From contig CDRNVI010000150.1 in the NCBI GenBank assembly GCA_977017575.1, positions 6,969 to 70,968 of the forward strand: a stretch of 64,000 bases of DNA. Direction: 5' to 3'. Positions 1-11,547 of this stretch are shown in pieces (position 1 is the first letter of the stretch; every line of letters starts with the position of its first letter). The DNA comes from Paramoeba atlantica (Eukaryota; Protista; Discosea). Both the position numbers and the translations under genes were made by a program. Under the pieces are notes generated by a model. The model saw nothing but the letters and a program-made list of their open reading frames with translations. It made no database searches and was not told the DNA's origin.

Positions 1-130
1 AAAAAAAATTCACTTTTATTGTACAATTTCTCTTTTTAATTTGGCTGTAAAATTCCACACAACTAATTTAAAAATGTTTTTTTTGTCATTTTTATTTTCT
101 GGTTTAATTGTATTGAGACAAAAAATGCAG

Positions 131-545
131 TTGAGAGAGTTGCGGTATTTGTATGATGGGAATCATGTGGAAAATACGGAGGGATTGGTCAATTTCTCTC
201 ATCTTCTGGTTTGTCTTGGAAAAGAAAAGAAATGAAAGGAAAGGAAAAGAAATGAAAGAAAAAGACTTTTTGATTAAAATTTGAAAAAAAAACAGCAAAT
301 TGGAAAAACAATTCGAGAATTTTTACAATATCAATCTTTTGAGTATGATCCGGTCCATTCTGATAAAACATTATTAATCAAATTTCTCGAAACTCGTTCA
401 ATCTCTGAGGTCTTTTCTTCTTTTCTCTTCTTTTCTCTTCTTTCCCCTTTTCTTTCTCTCTTCTCTTGTATGATTAAAATATTTCTTTTGTGATTTTTTT
501 CAGGATCTTTGTTACAAAAAATCGGTGGAGAGCTCCTTTCTCTAA
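131..545 (+). CDS. 3' end (last three exons) of a RasGEF (CDC25-homology) domain gene; partial, starts upstream of the window
   Basis: Spliced exons read LRELRYLYDGNHVENTEGLVNFSHLL / QIGKTIREFLQYQSFEYDPVHSDKTLLIKFLETRSISE / DLCYKKSVESSFL* (TAA 543-545). They are collinear, with the same intron positions, with the last exons of the RasGEF genes at 36486-39521 and 39888-43654. Confidence 0.8.
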
Positions 546-818
546 GAATGACTTGTGGAAAAAATGGTCCTTTTTTTTTACTGGTGGAAAATCTTCTCCA
601 AAAATTCCCATTTTTTCCAGAAATCAAAAGAAAAAAACAAATTCTCCAAATTATCATTGTACAGGAAGAGAAAGAAAGAGTAAGAAATTAGTTGTCAAAA
701 TTTGAGGAAATTATCACCTCCTTTTTTGGTTTTCATTTGTTATATTTTTCCCCGAATTAAAATTACAATTATTCACAAAAGAAGATTTCCTTTTTCAATT
801 TTGTTGCACTTAATCCAT

Positions 819-1148
819 CAGAGTTGCACGATTTTCAACCTGATTTTTCACCCCTCCCAGACCCTCAACCTCACAGAAGCAGAGAGAGCGATTTCTCGAG
901 AGGCTAAGTCGAAAATTTTTGGGGAGAATGAAAAATTTTGCATCTCTCAGTTCGGTGGCAATTTTGCATGCCTCTGAGACTCAATTCTCAAACATCAGAC
1001 AGTTATTTGTGTTGTTGATTGAGGTCTTGTCAATTGAGGTTCGATTTCGACCCAATCAGACAATCAAGCGAAGTCTTTTTCAAAAAAAAATCTTTACTTT
1101 TCCGTGAAAAAAATCTTTACTTTTCCGTGAAAAAAATCTGCAACTCTA
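819..1148. mobile_element. 330-bp non-autonomous TIR element (MITE-like) with a 9-bp target-site duplication
   Basis: TTAATCCAT occurs at 810-818 and 1149-1157. Ends are CAGAGTTGCACGATTTT and AAAATCTGCAACTCTA (imperfect inverted repeat). A 23-bp subterminal tandem duplication lies at about 1084-1130. Paralogous ankyrin copies carry the empty site with a single TTAATCCAT (e.g. 4543, 15133, 20668). Confidence 0.8.
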
Positions 1149-4100
1149 TTAATCCATTCGAGGTTTTTTGAATTCAATTTCATCACCAAAACCACATTCA
1201 GCTCTGATCTTTCTCTTTTTACTTTCTCTTTCTTCTCTTTCTTCTTCTCTTTGTTCTTCTACTCCTCCTCTTTGTTCTTCTTTTCCATTTGATTCAATCT
1301 TTTCATTCCCTTCTCGTTTTGCAGGTTTAATTGAACCATCAATGTGACTGTATTCCTATCCAAAAATTGTGTTTCAATTCTTTGTGAATTTCAAAAATAA
1401 TGAGGAAAAGAAAAAGAAAAACCTCCAAAAACTTCTTCACTTGTTCATAGTTGGAGGAGTCTGCTGGTGTTTGGCCCTAAAACAGTTAAAAATATCAAAA
1501 AAAAGAGATTCATCAAAAAAAGTCAATCAATAAAATCAAAGAAAAATGAACCAAGTTATTTTTGATTTCAGGATCAGCACCATGTTCACACAAAAGTTTC
1601 ACTATCTCCAAATGACCCCTATGTGCAGCCACATGGAGCGCAGTCCTCCCAACCTATCATTTTGGTTGAATGAATTGTTCTCAAAGAGTACCCCAAAAAA
1701 CAAAGAAATGTGAAAAACCTCATTTGTTTTGTTGATTTCAATCCCATTTTTCAACATAAATAAAACGCTCTCTTTGATTGACCGAAATTCTTGGGAATGG
1801 AGAAGAGCCATGAGAGGAGTGAAACCCTTTAAAAAAATGATTAAGTCAAAAACACCCATTGAAAAAAAATCAAATTAGAAAATACTTGATAGATTTCATT
1901 TACATCTGCTCCATTTTCAACTAAAATCTTAACAACTGGTAAATTAACAAAATAGGAATCACAAACTTGATGAAGAATACTCTTTCCCTGTTTTTCCAAA
2001 ACCAAATTGATGGTAAATTGAAAGAAAGAAAAGAAAGAAAAAAGAGAGGATTATTTTGAAGAAAGTTATCAAAAAAACCAACAAACTCGAACAATGAAAT
2101 GTGCTCCATTTTGTAATAATAATTCTGCAATATCCAAATTGTTGTGAAAACATGCAAGAGCCAGAGGTGATTGATTTAACTGTGGTGATGAAACTTTGTA
2201 AAAGACAAAGAGAAAAGAACTTTCAAAGTTTTTGAAAAAAAAAAAGAAAAAAAGAAAATACAAATTGATTGTGAACTCCATTGATTGGACAATTTTTAGA
2301 AATCAAAAATTGAGCCAAATCAAATTTCCCATTTTCACTTGCAAAACATAAAGCTCCAACATTCAATTCCTGGTGTGTGTGTGGAGATAAAAAAGGTAAA
2401 AAAAAGGGGTGGGGTGGTGAATTGTGAATATTGTGTTGAAAACAGAAAAATTGTTCACAAATAATAAAAAATACCTCTTTCATATTCTCCAATAAATAAG
2501 AGATTACATCCATGTGACCCCCTTGACATGCCAAGACAAGACCATCATTGTTCCCAACTTGAAGTTGAGCACCATGTTTGGTGAAGAAAGAAACAATTTT
2601 AAGATCTCCCAATTTACATGCAATGGAAAAAGGGGGTATGGTTCTGTTGAACTGTCACAATTTTTAGAGAGAAATTTTAAAATCTAAGTTTTTCATTTTT
2701 CCAAATAAAAATCAAAAGAGAGAAAACAGACTGGATTTTCAAAATTGATTGAAGCACCTCTTTCCACCAATAAAGTAATAATGTCAAAATGACCTCCCTC
2801 AGTTGCCTCACACAAAGCTGTCTTTCCCTTTTTGTTTCACAAAAGTTGATTTCAAAATCATCAAAGAAACCTCAAACAAGAGAAAAGAAGAAAAGAAAAA
2901 ACCTGGTTTCCTTGTTGATCAATCTGAAGATCTTCTATCTTCAGAAAAGTTTTGACAATCTCTAAATTCCCTTTTTGACAAGCAATGTGAAAGGGAGACA
3001 TTTTATCCTAAAAGGACAAAAGAGATCAAATAAAAAGAGAGACATTCAAAAAATAAAAACATACTTTTGAAGGAATATTTGGATGAGCACCCTTTTCAAG
3101 AAGGAATTGAACCATTTTGATATCATCCCCTAAAACTGCAACACATAAAAGGCTCCAACTCTACCAAAAAGAGACAAAGATATTAAACATAACGCTTTTT
3201 TTCAAAAACTTTGAAAGTTGAGAAAGAGAAAAAGTAACAATGGGTATGGGAGCAAAAGGATCTTGTTGTAAAGAAATTTTTCCTTCCTGTTCCCCCACCC
3301 CAAAAAAGAAGAAGATTGGGAAAGATTAGTTTTTTTTGTGAAAACATTCAAAAAAACTGAAGAAAAAACTTTACATTTGTTGACCAATCCACTTTTGCTT
3401 TGTTGTCAATCAAAAGATTTGCCATTTCAATGTCTCCCCTTTCACAACAAATCCACAAAGGGCTTTCACCTCCCTGTTCAAACAAAATGGTCATTTTAAA
3501 AAATGGAAACATGAACCAGAAAGAGAGAAAGAAAGAGAGAAACAGTCTTTGTTTGGTCAACTTTGACTCCTTTTTCAATCAAAAATTTGGCAATTTCAAA
3601 GTATCCTTTTTCACAAACTGAAGATAATGCAGTCTTCTTTGGTTTTTGCTACAATCAAATAAAAATAAAAGAAGAAGAATTGAGTTGAACACACACCCGC
3701 AACAATCAATATGAAAAAATATGATTAGAAAAAAAAAGAGAAATGATTTACTGAAATTGGCTCAAGAGAAGAGCCTTTCTCAAAAAGAAACTGAACTATT
3801 TCAAGATTCCCAAGTTCACAAGCAATAATCAATGGATCTGATCCATCCTTCAAAAACCATAACAACAAAGACAATCAATCATCAAACTTTCAAAAAAAAA
3901 GAAAGAAAAAAAAACCTCAGCAACTCTCTCAAGGGAAGCTCCATTTTCAATCAACAAAGTGATCATCTTTAAGTCTCCTTTTTGACATGCTCTCATCAAA
4001 GGAGTAATCCCTTTCTTTTCTCAAAACTTTCAAATCAATATCACATCCACACACAGAGACAACAGAATCATCACCAGAGGATGATGACGATAAAAAAAGA

Positions 4101-4226
4101 AGAAAAGAAGATGATCACCTGGCGTCTTGGAGCTCGATTGACATCCACTCTCCGACTCAAAAGAAATTGTTTGACCTTTTCACAATCTCCCCCTTCCACA
4201 GCTTCAAACAATTGGAGATTTGCCAT
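1149..4226 (-). CDS. Ankyrin-repeat protein, copy ANK-1 (17 exons)
   Basis: ATG at 4226 (MANLQLFEAVEGGDCEK). Exons carry ankyrin motifs (GESPLWICC, FDLAQFLISKNC, TPLMALL, ADPEIKN). Last exon reads EYSHIDGSIKPAKRE...KKPRMD* with stop at 1149-1151. Confidence 0.85.
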
Positions 4227-4542
4227 TTCCCTCTCTCTCTCTCTCTTTCTCTCTTTCTCCTCTCACCCCAAAAAAACAAACTTCTCACCAAAGACACACC
4301 AAACCCGAAAAGAGAAAACGGCAAGTTGCACCTTTCTTTTTAGAAAACTAAATTTAGCCATTTTCATAATCTCCTCTCTCTTTTTGATTTCCATTTTCTC
4401 TCCTTCTTTTGTTATGAAATTGTCACCGGATGTTTATTTTTCGATTTTATTATTTTCCCCTCTCCCCCACCCCACCACCCCAAATAAAATAAACAATTTC
4501 TTTTTTGAAAAAAGAAGATTTCCTTTTTCAATTTTGTGGAGG

Positions 4543-7500
4543 TTAATCCATTCGAGGTTTTTTGAATTCAATTTCATCACCAAAACCACATTCATCTCTA
4601 ATCTTTCTCTTTTTACTTTCCCTTTCTTCTCCTTCTTCCCTTTGTTCTTCTCCTTCTTCTCTTTGTTCTTCTTTTCCATTTGATTCAATCTTTTCATTCC
4701 CTTCTCGTTTTGCAGGTTTAATTGAACCATCAATGAGAATGTATTTCTATCCAAAAAAATTGTGAAAAATTCTTTGGGATTTAAAGAGAAAAAGGAAAAG
4801 AAAAACCTTCAAAAACTTCCTCACTTTTTGAGAGTCGGTGGTGTCTGCTGGTGTTTGTCCCTAAAATATTTAAAACAAATCAAAAATAAGAGATTCATCA
4901 AAAAAATAAATCAAGAAAAATGAACATGATTATTTTTGATTTCAGGATCAGCACCATGTTCACACAAAAGTTTCACCATCTTCAACATACCCTTTTGTGC
5001 AGCCACATGGAGCGCAGTGCCCCCATCCTATCATTTTGGATTGAATGAATTGTTCCCAAAGAGTACCCCAAAAACAAAGAAATGAGAAAAACCTCATCTG
5101 TTTTGTTGATTTCAGCACCACTTTTCAACATAAATAAAACAATCTCTTTGGTTGTTGTATTTATTCCATAATAAGACACTTGAGTGAGGAGAGCCATGAG
5201 AGGAGTGGATCCCTTTGAAAAATGATTAAAATGATACTCAAACACGCCCATTGAAAAAAATCAAATTAGAAAATACTTGATTGATTCCATTTACATCTGC
5301 TCCATTTTCAACTAAAATCTTAATAGCTGGTAAATTAACGAAATAGGAATCACAAACTTCATGAAGAACACTCTGTCCCTGTTTTTCCAAAACCAAATTG
5401 ATGGTAAATTGAAAGAAAGAAAAGAAAAAAAAAGAAAGAAAGAAGAGAGAGGATTGTTTTGAGGAAAGTCCAACAAACTTGAACAATGAAACGTGCTCCA
5501 TTTTGTAATAATAATTCAACAATATCCAAATTGTTGTGTATACATGCAACAGTCAGAGGTGATTGATTTGCCTGTGGTGATGTGAGACTTTGAAAAAAAC
5601 AAAGAAAAGAACTTTCAAAGTTTTTGAAAAAAAAATGAAAAAAAGAAAATACAAATTGATTGTGAATTCCATTGATTGGACAATTTTTAGAAATCAAAAA
5701 TTGAGCCAAATCAAATTTCCCTTTTTGACTTGCAAAACATAAAGGTCCAACATTCAATTCCTGGTGTGTGGAGATCAAAAACGAAAAAAGGGGGGTGGTG
5801 AACTGTGAAAATAAAAAAACCTTTTTCATATTCTCCAATAAATAAGAGATTACATCCATGTGGCCCTCTTGACATGCCAACATAAGACCATCACTGTTCC
5901 CAACTTGAAGTTGAGCACCATGTTTGGTGAAGAATGAAACAATTTTAAGATCTCCTAATTTACATGCAATGTGAAAAGGGGATCTGCGGAGCTGTCACAA
6001 TTTTGAGAGAAATTTTAAAATCAAAGTTTTTTCATTTTTGCAAATAAAAAATCAAAAAGAGAAAACAAACTGGATTTTCCAAATTGATTGAAGCACCTCT
6101 TTCCACCAATAAAGTAACAATGTCAAAATGACCTCCCTCAGTTGCCTCACACAAAGCTGTCTTTCCCTTTTTGTTTCACAAAAGTTAATTTCAATAAATC
6201 ATCAAAGAAATCTCAAACAAGAGAAAAGAAAAAAAGAAAACCAGATTTCCTTGTTGATCAATCTGAAGATCTTCTATTTTCAGAAAACTTTTGACAATCT
6301 CTAAATTCCCTTTTTGACAAGCAATGTGAAAGGGAGACATTTCATCCTAAAATGACAAAAGAACAAAATAGAATCCATAAATTCTTCTTTCTCCCCCTCC
6401 AGCATAAATAAAAAAAGAGAGACATCTAAAAAATAAAAACATACTTTTGAAGGAATATTTGGATGAGCACCCTTTTCAAGAAGGAAATGAACCATTTTGA
6501 TATCATTCTCCAAAACTGCAACACATAAAGGACTCCAACTCTACCAAAAAGAGATGAAAATATTTAAACAAGCTCCTTTTTTCAAAAACTTTGAAAGTTA
6601 AGAAAGAGAAAAAAATAACAATGGATGTGGTTGGTTGGGAAGAAAAGTTGACATTTGCACCTTTGTTGATCAAAAATTGTGCCATTTCAAAATCCCCTCT
6701 TTTACAAGCACGACACAAAGAAGTTTCTCCTTCCTGTTCCCCCCAAAATAAGGAAATTGGTAAAGATTAGTTTTTTTTTGTGAAAACATTCAAAAAACAT
6801 TCAAAAAAAGTTTACATTTGTTGACCAATCCACTTTTGCTTTGTTGTCAATCAAAAGATTTGCCATTTCGAAGTCTCTCCTTTCACAACAAATCCACAAA
6901 GGGCTTTCCCCTCCCTGTTCAAACAAACAATTACTTTAAAAAATGGAAAGGAAATCTAAAAATTAATTTGATATGAGGAGAGAGAAAGAGAAAGAGAGAA
7001 ACTGTCTTTGTTTGGTCAACTATGGCTCCTTTTTCAATCAAAAATTTGGAAATTTCAAAATATCCTTTTTCACAAACTGAAGATAATGCAGTCTTCTTTG
7101 GTGTTCGCTACAATCAAATAAAAATAAAAAAAGAATTGAGTTGAACACACACAACAATCAATATGAAAAAATATGATCAGAAAAAAAAGAGAGATGATTT
7201 ACTGATGACTGAAGAAGAGAAGAGCCTTTCTCAAAAAGAAATTGAACTATTTCAAGATTCCCAAATTCACAAGCAATAATCAAGGGATTTGATCCATCCT
7301 TCAAAAACCACAACAACAGAGACAATCAATCCTCAAACTTTCACTCAGTACCAAAAAAAAAAAGAGAGAAAAACCTGAGCAGCAGGACTCTCGAGTGAAG
7401 CACCATTTTCAATCAACAAAGTAATCATCTTTAAGTCTCCTTTTTCACATGCTCTCATCAAAGGAGTAATCCCTTTCTTTTCTCAAAACTTTCAAATCAA

Positions 7501-7689
7501 TATCACAACACATACAGAGACAACAGAATCATCACCAGAGAGGATGATGATGATAAAAAAAGAAGAAAAGAAGATGATCACCTGGTGTCTTGGAGCTTGA
7601 TTGACATTAATTCTCCGACTCAAAAGGAGTTGTTGAACCTTTTCACAATCTCCCCCTTCCACAGCTTCAAACAATTGGCGGTCTGTCAT
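4543..7689 (-). CDS. Ankyrin-repeat protein, copy ANK-2 (17 exons, all 16 introns phase 0)
   Basis: Fully spliced by eye: MTDRQLFEAVEGGDCEKV.. / KGITPLMRACEKG.. / DGSNPLIIACEFG.. / RTPKKTALSSVCEKG.. / GGESPLWICCERR.. / EGETSLCRACKRG.. / SWSPLCVAVLEN.. / DEMSPFHIACQKG.. / GKTALCEATEGG.. / LRRSPFHIACKLG.. / ELNVGPLCFASQKG.. / ANQSPLTVACIHN.. / GQSVLHEVCDS.. / GSTPLMALL.. / DGGTALHVAAQKG.. / GQTPADT.. / KYILIDGSIKPAKR..KKPRMD*. Confidence 0.9.
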
Positions 7690-7979
7690 TTCCCCTCTCT
7701 CTCTCTCTTTCTTTCTTTCTCTCTCTTTCTCTCTCTTTCTCTTTCTCTCTTTTTCCCAAATACTTTTCTCTTTTAGAGCACTAAAATTTAGCGTTTCTTA
7801 TCTCGTCACCCTCTTCTTTGATTCTCTTTTTCTCTTTGAAATTTGCAAATTATTCTTTATTTTTCGGTTTATTTCCTCTCCCCTTCTCCCCAAATAAAAT
7901 AAACAATTTCTTTTTGAAAAAAGAAGATTTCCTTTTTTATTTTGGGGAGGTTAATCCATTTGAGGTTTTTTGAAGTCAA

Positions 7980-10900
7980 TTATTCATCTCCAATCTTTCT
8001 CTTTTTATTTTCTCCTTCTTCTCCTTCTTCTCTTTCTTCTTCTCCTTCTCTTTGTTCTTCTTTTCCATTTGATTCAATCTTTTCATTCCCTTCTCGTTTT
8101 GCAGGTTTAATTGAACCATATTCCTATCCAAAAATTGTGAAAAATTCTTTACAAATTTCAAAAATAATGAGAAAAAGAAAATGAAAACCTCCAAAAACTT
8201 CTCCAAAAACTTCTTCACTGGAGAGTAGGTGGTGTCTGCTGGTGTTTGTCCCTAAAATATTTTTAGAAAAAAAGAGATTCATTAAAAAAAAATAAATCAA
8301 TAAAATCAAAGAAAAATGAACAGAGTTATTTTTGATTTCAGGATCAGCACCATGTTCACACAAAAGTTTCACCCTCTCCAACACACCCCTATGTACAGCC
8401 ACATGGAGCGCAGTATCCCCATCCTACCATTTTGGATTGAATGAATTGTTCCCAAAGAGTACCCTGAAAACAAAGAAATGTGAAAAACCTCATTTGTTTT
8501 GTTGATTTCAACACCATTTTGCAACAAAAATAAAACAATCTCTTTGATTGTTGTATTTATTCCATAAATAGAAGTTTGGTTGAGGAGAGCCATGAGAGGA
8601 GTGCGACCCTTCAAAAAAAAAATGATTAAATCAAAAACACCCTTTGAAAAAAATCAAATTAGAAAATACTTGATAGATTCCATTTACATCTGCTCCATTT
8701 TCAACTAAAATCTTAACAACTGGTAAATTAACAAACTTGGAAGCACAAACTTGATGAAGAACACTCTTTCCCTGTTTTTCCAAAACCAAATTGATGGTCA
8801 ATTGAAAGAAAGAAAAGAAAGAAAGAAGAGAGAGGATTGTTTTGAGGAAAGCTATCAAAAAAACCAACAAACTTGAACAATGAGATGTGCTCCATTTTGT
8901 AATAATAATTCAACAATATCCAAATTGTTGTTTAAAAATGCAACAGTCAGAGGTGATTGATTTAACTGTGGTGATGTGAGACTTTGTAAAAGACAAAGAG
9001 AAAAAAACTTTCAAAGTTTTTGAAAAAAAAAAAAGAAAAAAAGAGGATACAAATTGAATGTGGACTCCATTGATTGGACAATTTTTAGAAATCAAAAATT
9101 GAGCCAAATCAAATTTCCCTTTTTCACTTGCAAAACATAAAGGTCCAACATTCAATTCCTGGTGTGTGTGGAGATAAAAAAAAAGGGGTGAGTGGTGAAT
9201 TGTGAATATTGTGTTGAAAACAGAAAAATTGTTCACAAATAATAAAAAAATACCTCTTTCATATTCTCCAATAAATAAGAGATTACATCCATGTGTCCCT
9301 CTTCACATGCCAACACAAGACCATCACTGTACCCAAATTGAAGTTGAGCACCATGTTTGATGAAGAATGAAACAATTTTAAGATCTCCTAATTTACATGC
9401 AATGGAAAAAGGGGTTCTGTGGAGCTGTCACAATTTTTAAAGAGAAATTTTAAAATGAAAGGAAAAAAGTCTTTTTTTTAAATGGAAAATCCGCCAAAAA
9501 AAAGACCTTTTTCCACAAGTTAAATAAAATTCAAAAAGAGAGAAAACAGACTTGATTGAGAAAATTGATTGAAGCACCTCTTTCCACCAATAAAGTAATA
9601 ATGTCAAAATGACCTCCCTCAGCTGCCTCATGCAAAGCTGTCTTTCCCTTTTTGTTTCACAAAAGTTGATTTCAATAAATCATCAAAGAAATTTCAAACA
9701 AGAGAAAAGAAAAAACCTGGTTTCCTGGGCGATCAAGATGAAGAGCTTTTATTTTCAAAAAAGTTTTGACAATCTCTAAATTCCCTTTTTGACAAGCAAT
9801 ATGCCATGGAGATATTTCATCCTAAAATGACAAAAGGACAAAATAGAATTCATCAATTCCTCTTTCTCCCTTTTTCCCTCCAACATAATAAAAAGAGAGA
9901 CATTCAAAAAATAAAAACATACTTTTGAAGGAATATTTGGATGAGCACCCTTTTCAAGAAGGAAATGAACCATTTTGATATCATTTTCCAAAACTGCAAT
10001 ACATAAAGGACTCCAACTCTACCAAAAAGAGGTGAATTAAAGGAAATCTCTTTTGTTTCAGAAATCAATTGTGAAAACTTTGAAAGTTGAGAAAGAGAAA
10101 AAAGGGGTGTGGAAGAAAAAAATAACATCTTGTAAAGAAAAGTTGATATTTGCACCTTTGTTGATCAAAAATTGTGCCATTTCAAAATCCCCCCTTTTAC
10201 AAGCACAACAAAAAGAAGTTTCTCCTTCCTGTCCCCCCAAAAAATAAGGAGATGGGGAAAGATTAGTTTTGTTTTTGTGAAAACATTCAAAAAAACTTTA
10301 CATTTGTTGACCAATCCACCTTTGCTTTGTTGTCAATCAAAAGATTTGCCATTTCAAAGTCTCTCCTTTCACAACAAATCCACAAAGGGCTTTCACCTCC
10401 CTGTTCAAACAAAATGATCATTTTAAAAAATGGAAACATGAACCAATGAGGAGAGAAAAGAGAGAAAAACTGTCGTTGTTTGGTCAACTTTGACTCCTTT
10501 TTCAATCAAAAATTTGGCAATTTCAAAGTATCCTTTTTCACAAACTGAAGATAATGCAGTCTTCTTTGGTGTTTGCTACAATCAAATAAAAATAAAAGAA
10601 GAAGAATTGAGTTGAACACACACAACAACAATCAATGAAAAAATCTGATTCGAGAAAAAAAAGAGAAATGATTTACTGAAAGTGGATGAAGAGAAGAGCC
10701 TTTCTCAAAAAGAAACTGAACTATTTCAAGATTCCCAAATTCACAAGCAATAATCAAGGGATCTGATCCATCCTTCAAAAACCATAACAAAAGAGACAAT
10801 CAACCACCAAAATTTTCTCCTCCCAAAAAAATAGAATCTTTTTTGGAGAAAAAGAAAGAGAAAAAAACCTCAGCAGCAAGACTCTTGAGGGAAGCTCCAT

Positions 10901-11250
10901 TTTCAATCAACAAAGTGATCATCTTTAAGTCTCCTTTTTCACAAGCTCTCATCAAAGGAGTAAACCCTTTCTTTTCTCAAAACTTTCAAATCAATATCAC
11001 AACTCAACACAGACACACAGAATCATCACCAGAGATGATAATCATGATGATTAAGATGATGATCATACACACACAAAGATGATGATGATCAATCACAAAA
11101 AAGATCAACACACACAAAAAAAAAAGGAGAAACAACCTGGTGTCTTGGAGATTGATTGACATCCACTTTTTGATTCAAAAGGAGTTGTTTGACCTTTTCA
11201 CAATCCCCCCCTTCCACAGCTTCAAACAATTGGCAGTCTGTTAATGACAT
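7980..11250 (-). CDS. Ankyrin-repeat protein, copy ANK-3 (slightly shortened C-terminal tail)
   Basis: ATG at 11250 (MSLTDCQLFEAVEGG). Same exon series as ANK-2. A small deletion in the last exon gives ...KKRKIGDE* at 7980-7982. Confidence 0.8.
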
Positions 11251-11547
11251 TTCTTCTCTCTCTCTTTCTCCTCTCCTCCCAAAAAAAAAACTTCTCAAAA
11301 CCAAAGAGAAAAGAGAAAAAAAGAGGAAAACGGCAAGTTGCTCCTTTCTTTTAGAAAACTAAATTTAGCGATTTTCATGATTTCTCTTCTTTTGATTTCA
11401 TTTTCTCTCTTTGTTTTGAAATTGTCACCTTTTTATTTATTTTTCTATTTTATTATTTCCCCCTTCCCCGCCCCCCACACCACCCCAAATAAAATAAACA
11501 ATTTCTTTTTTGAAAAAAGAAGATTTCCTTTTTCAATTTTGTGGAGG

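Noticed and set aside
4434-4754. K/E-rich ORFs MDRNTFSLMVQLNLQNEK.. (also 7976, 11445, 15261, 20565)
   Set aside because: Wrong frame: splicing from the preceding phase-0 exon gives the IKPAKR frame with a conserved stop.
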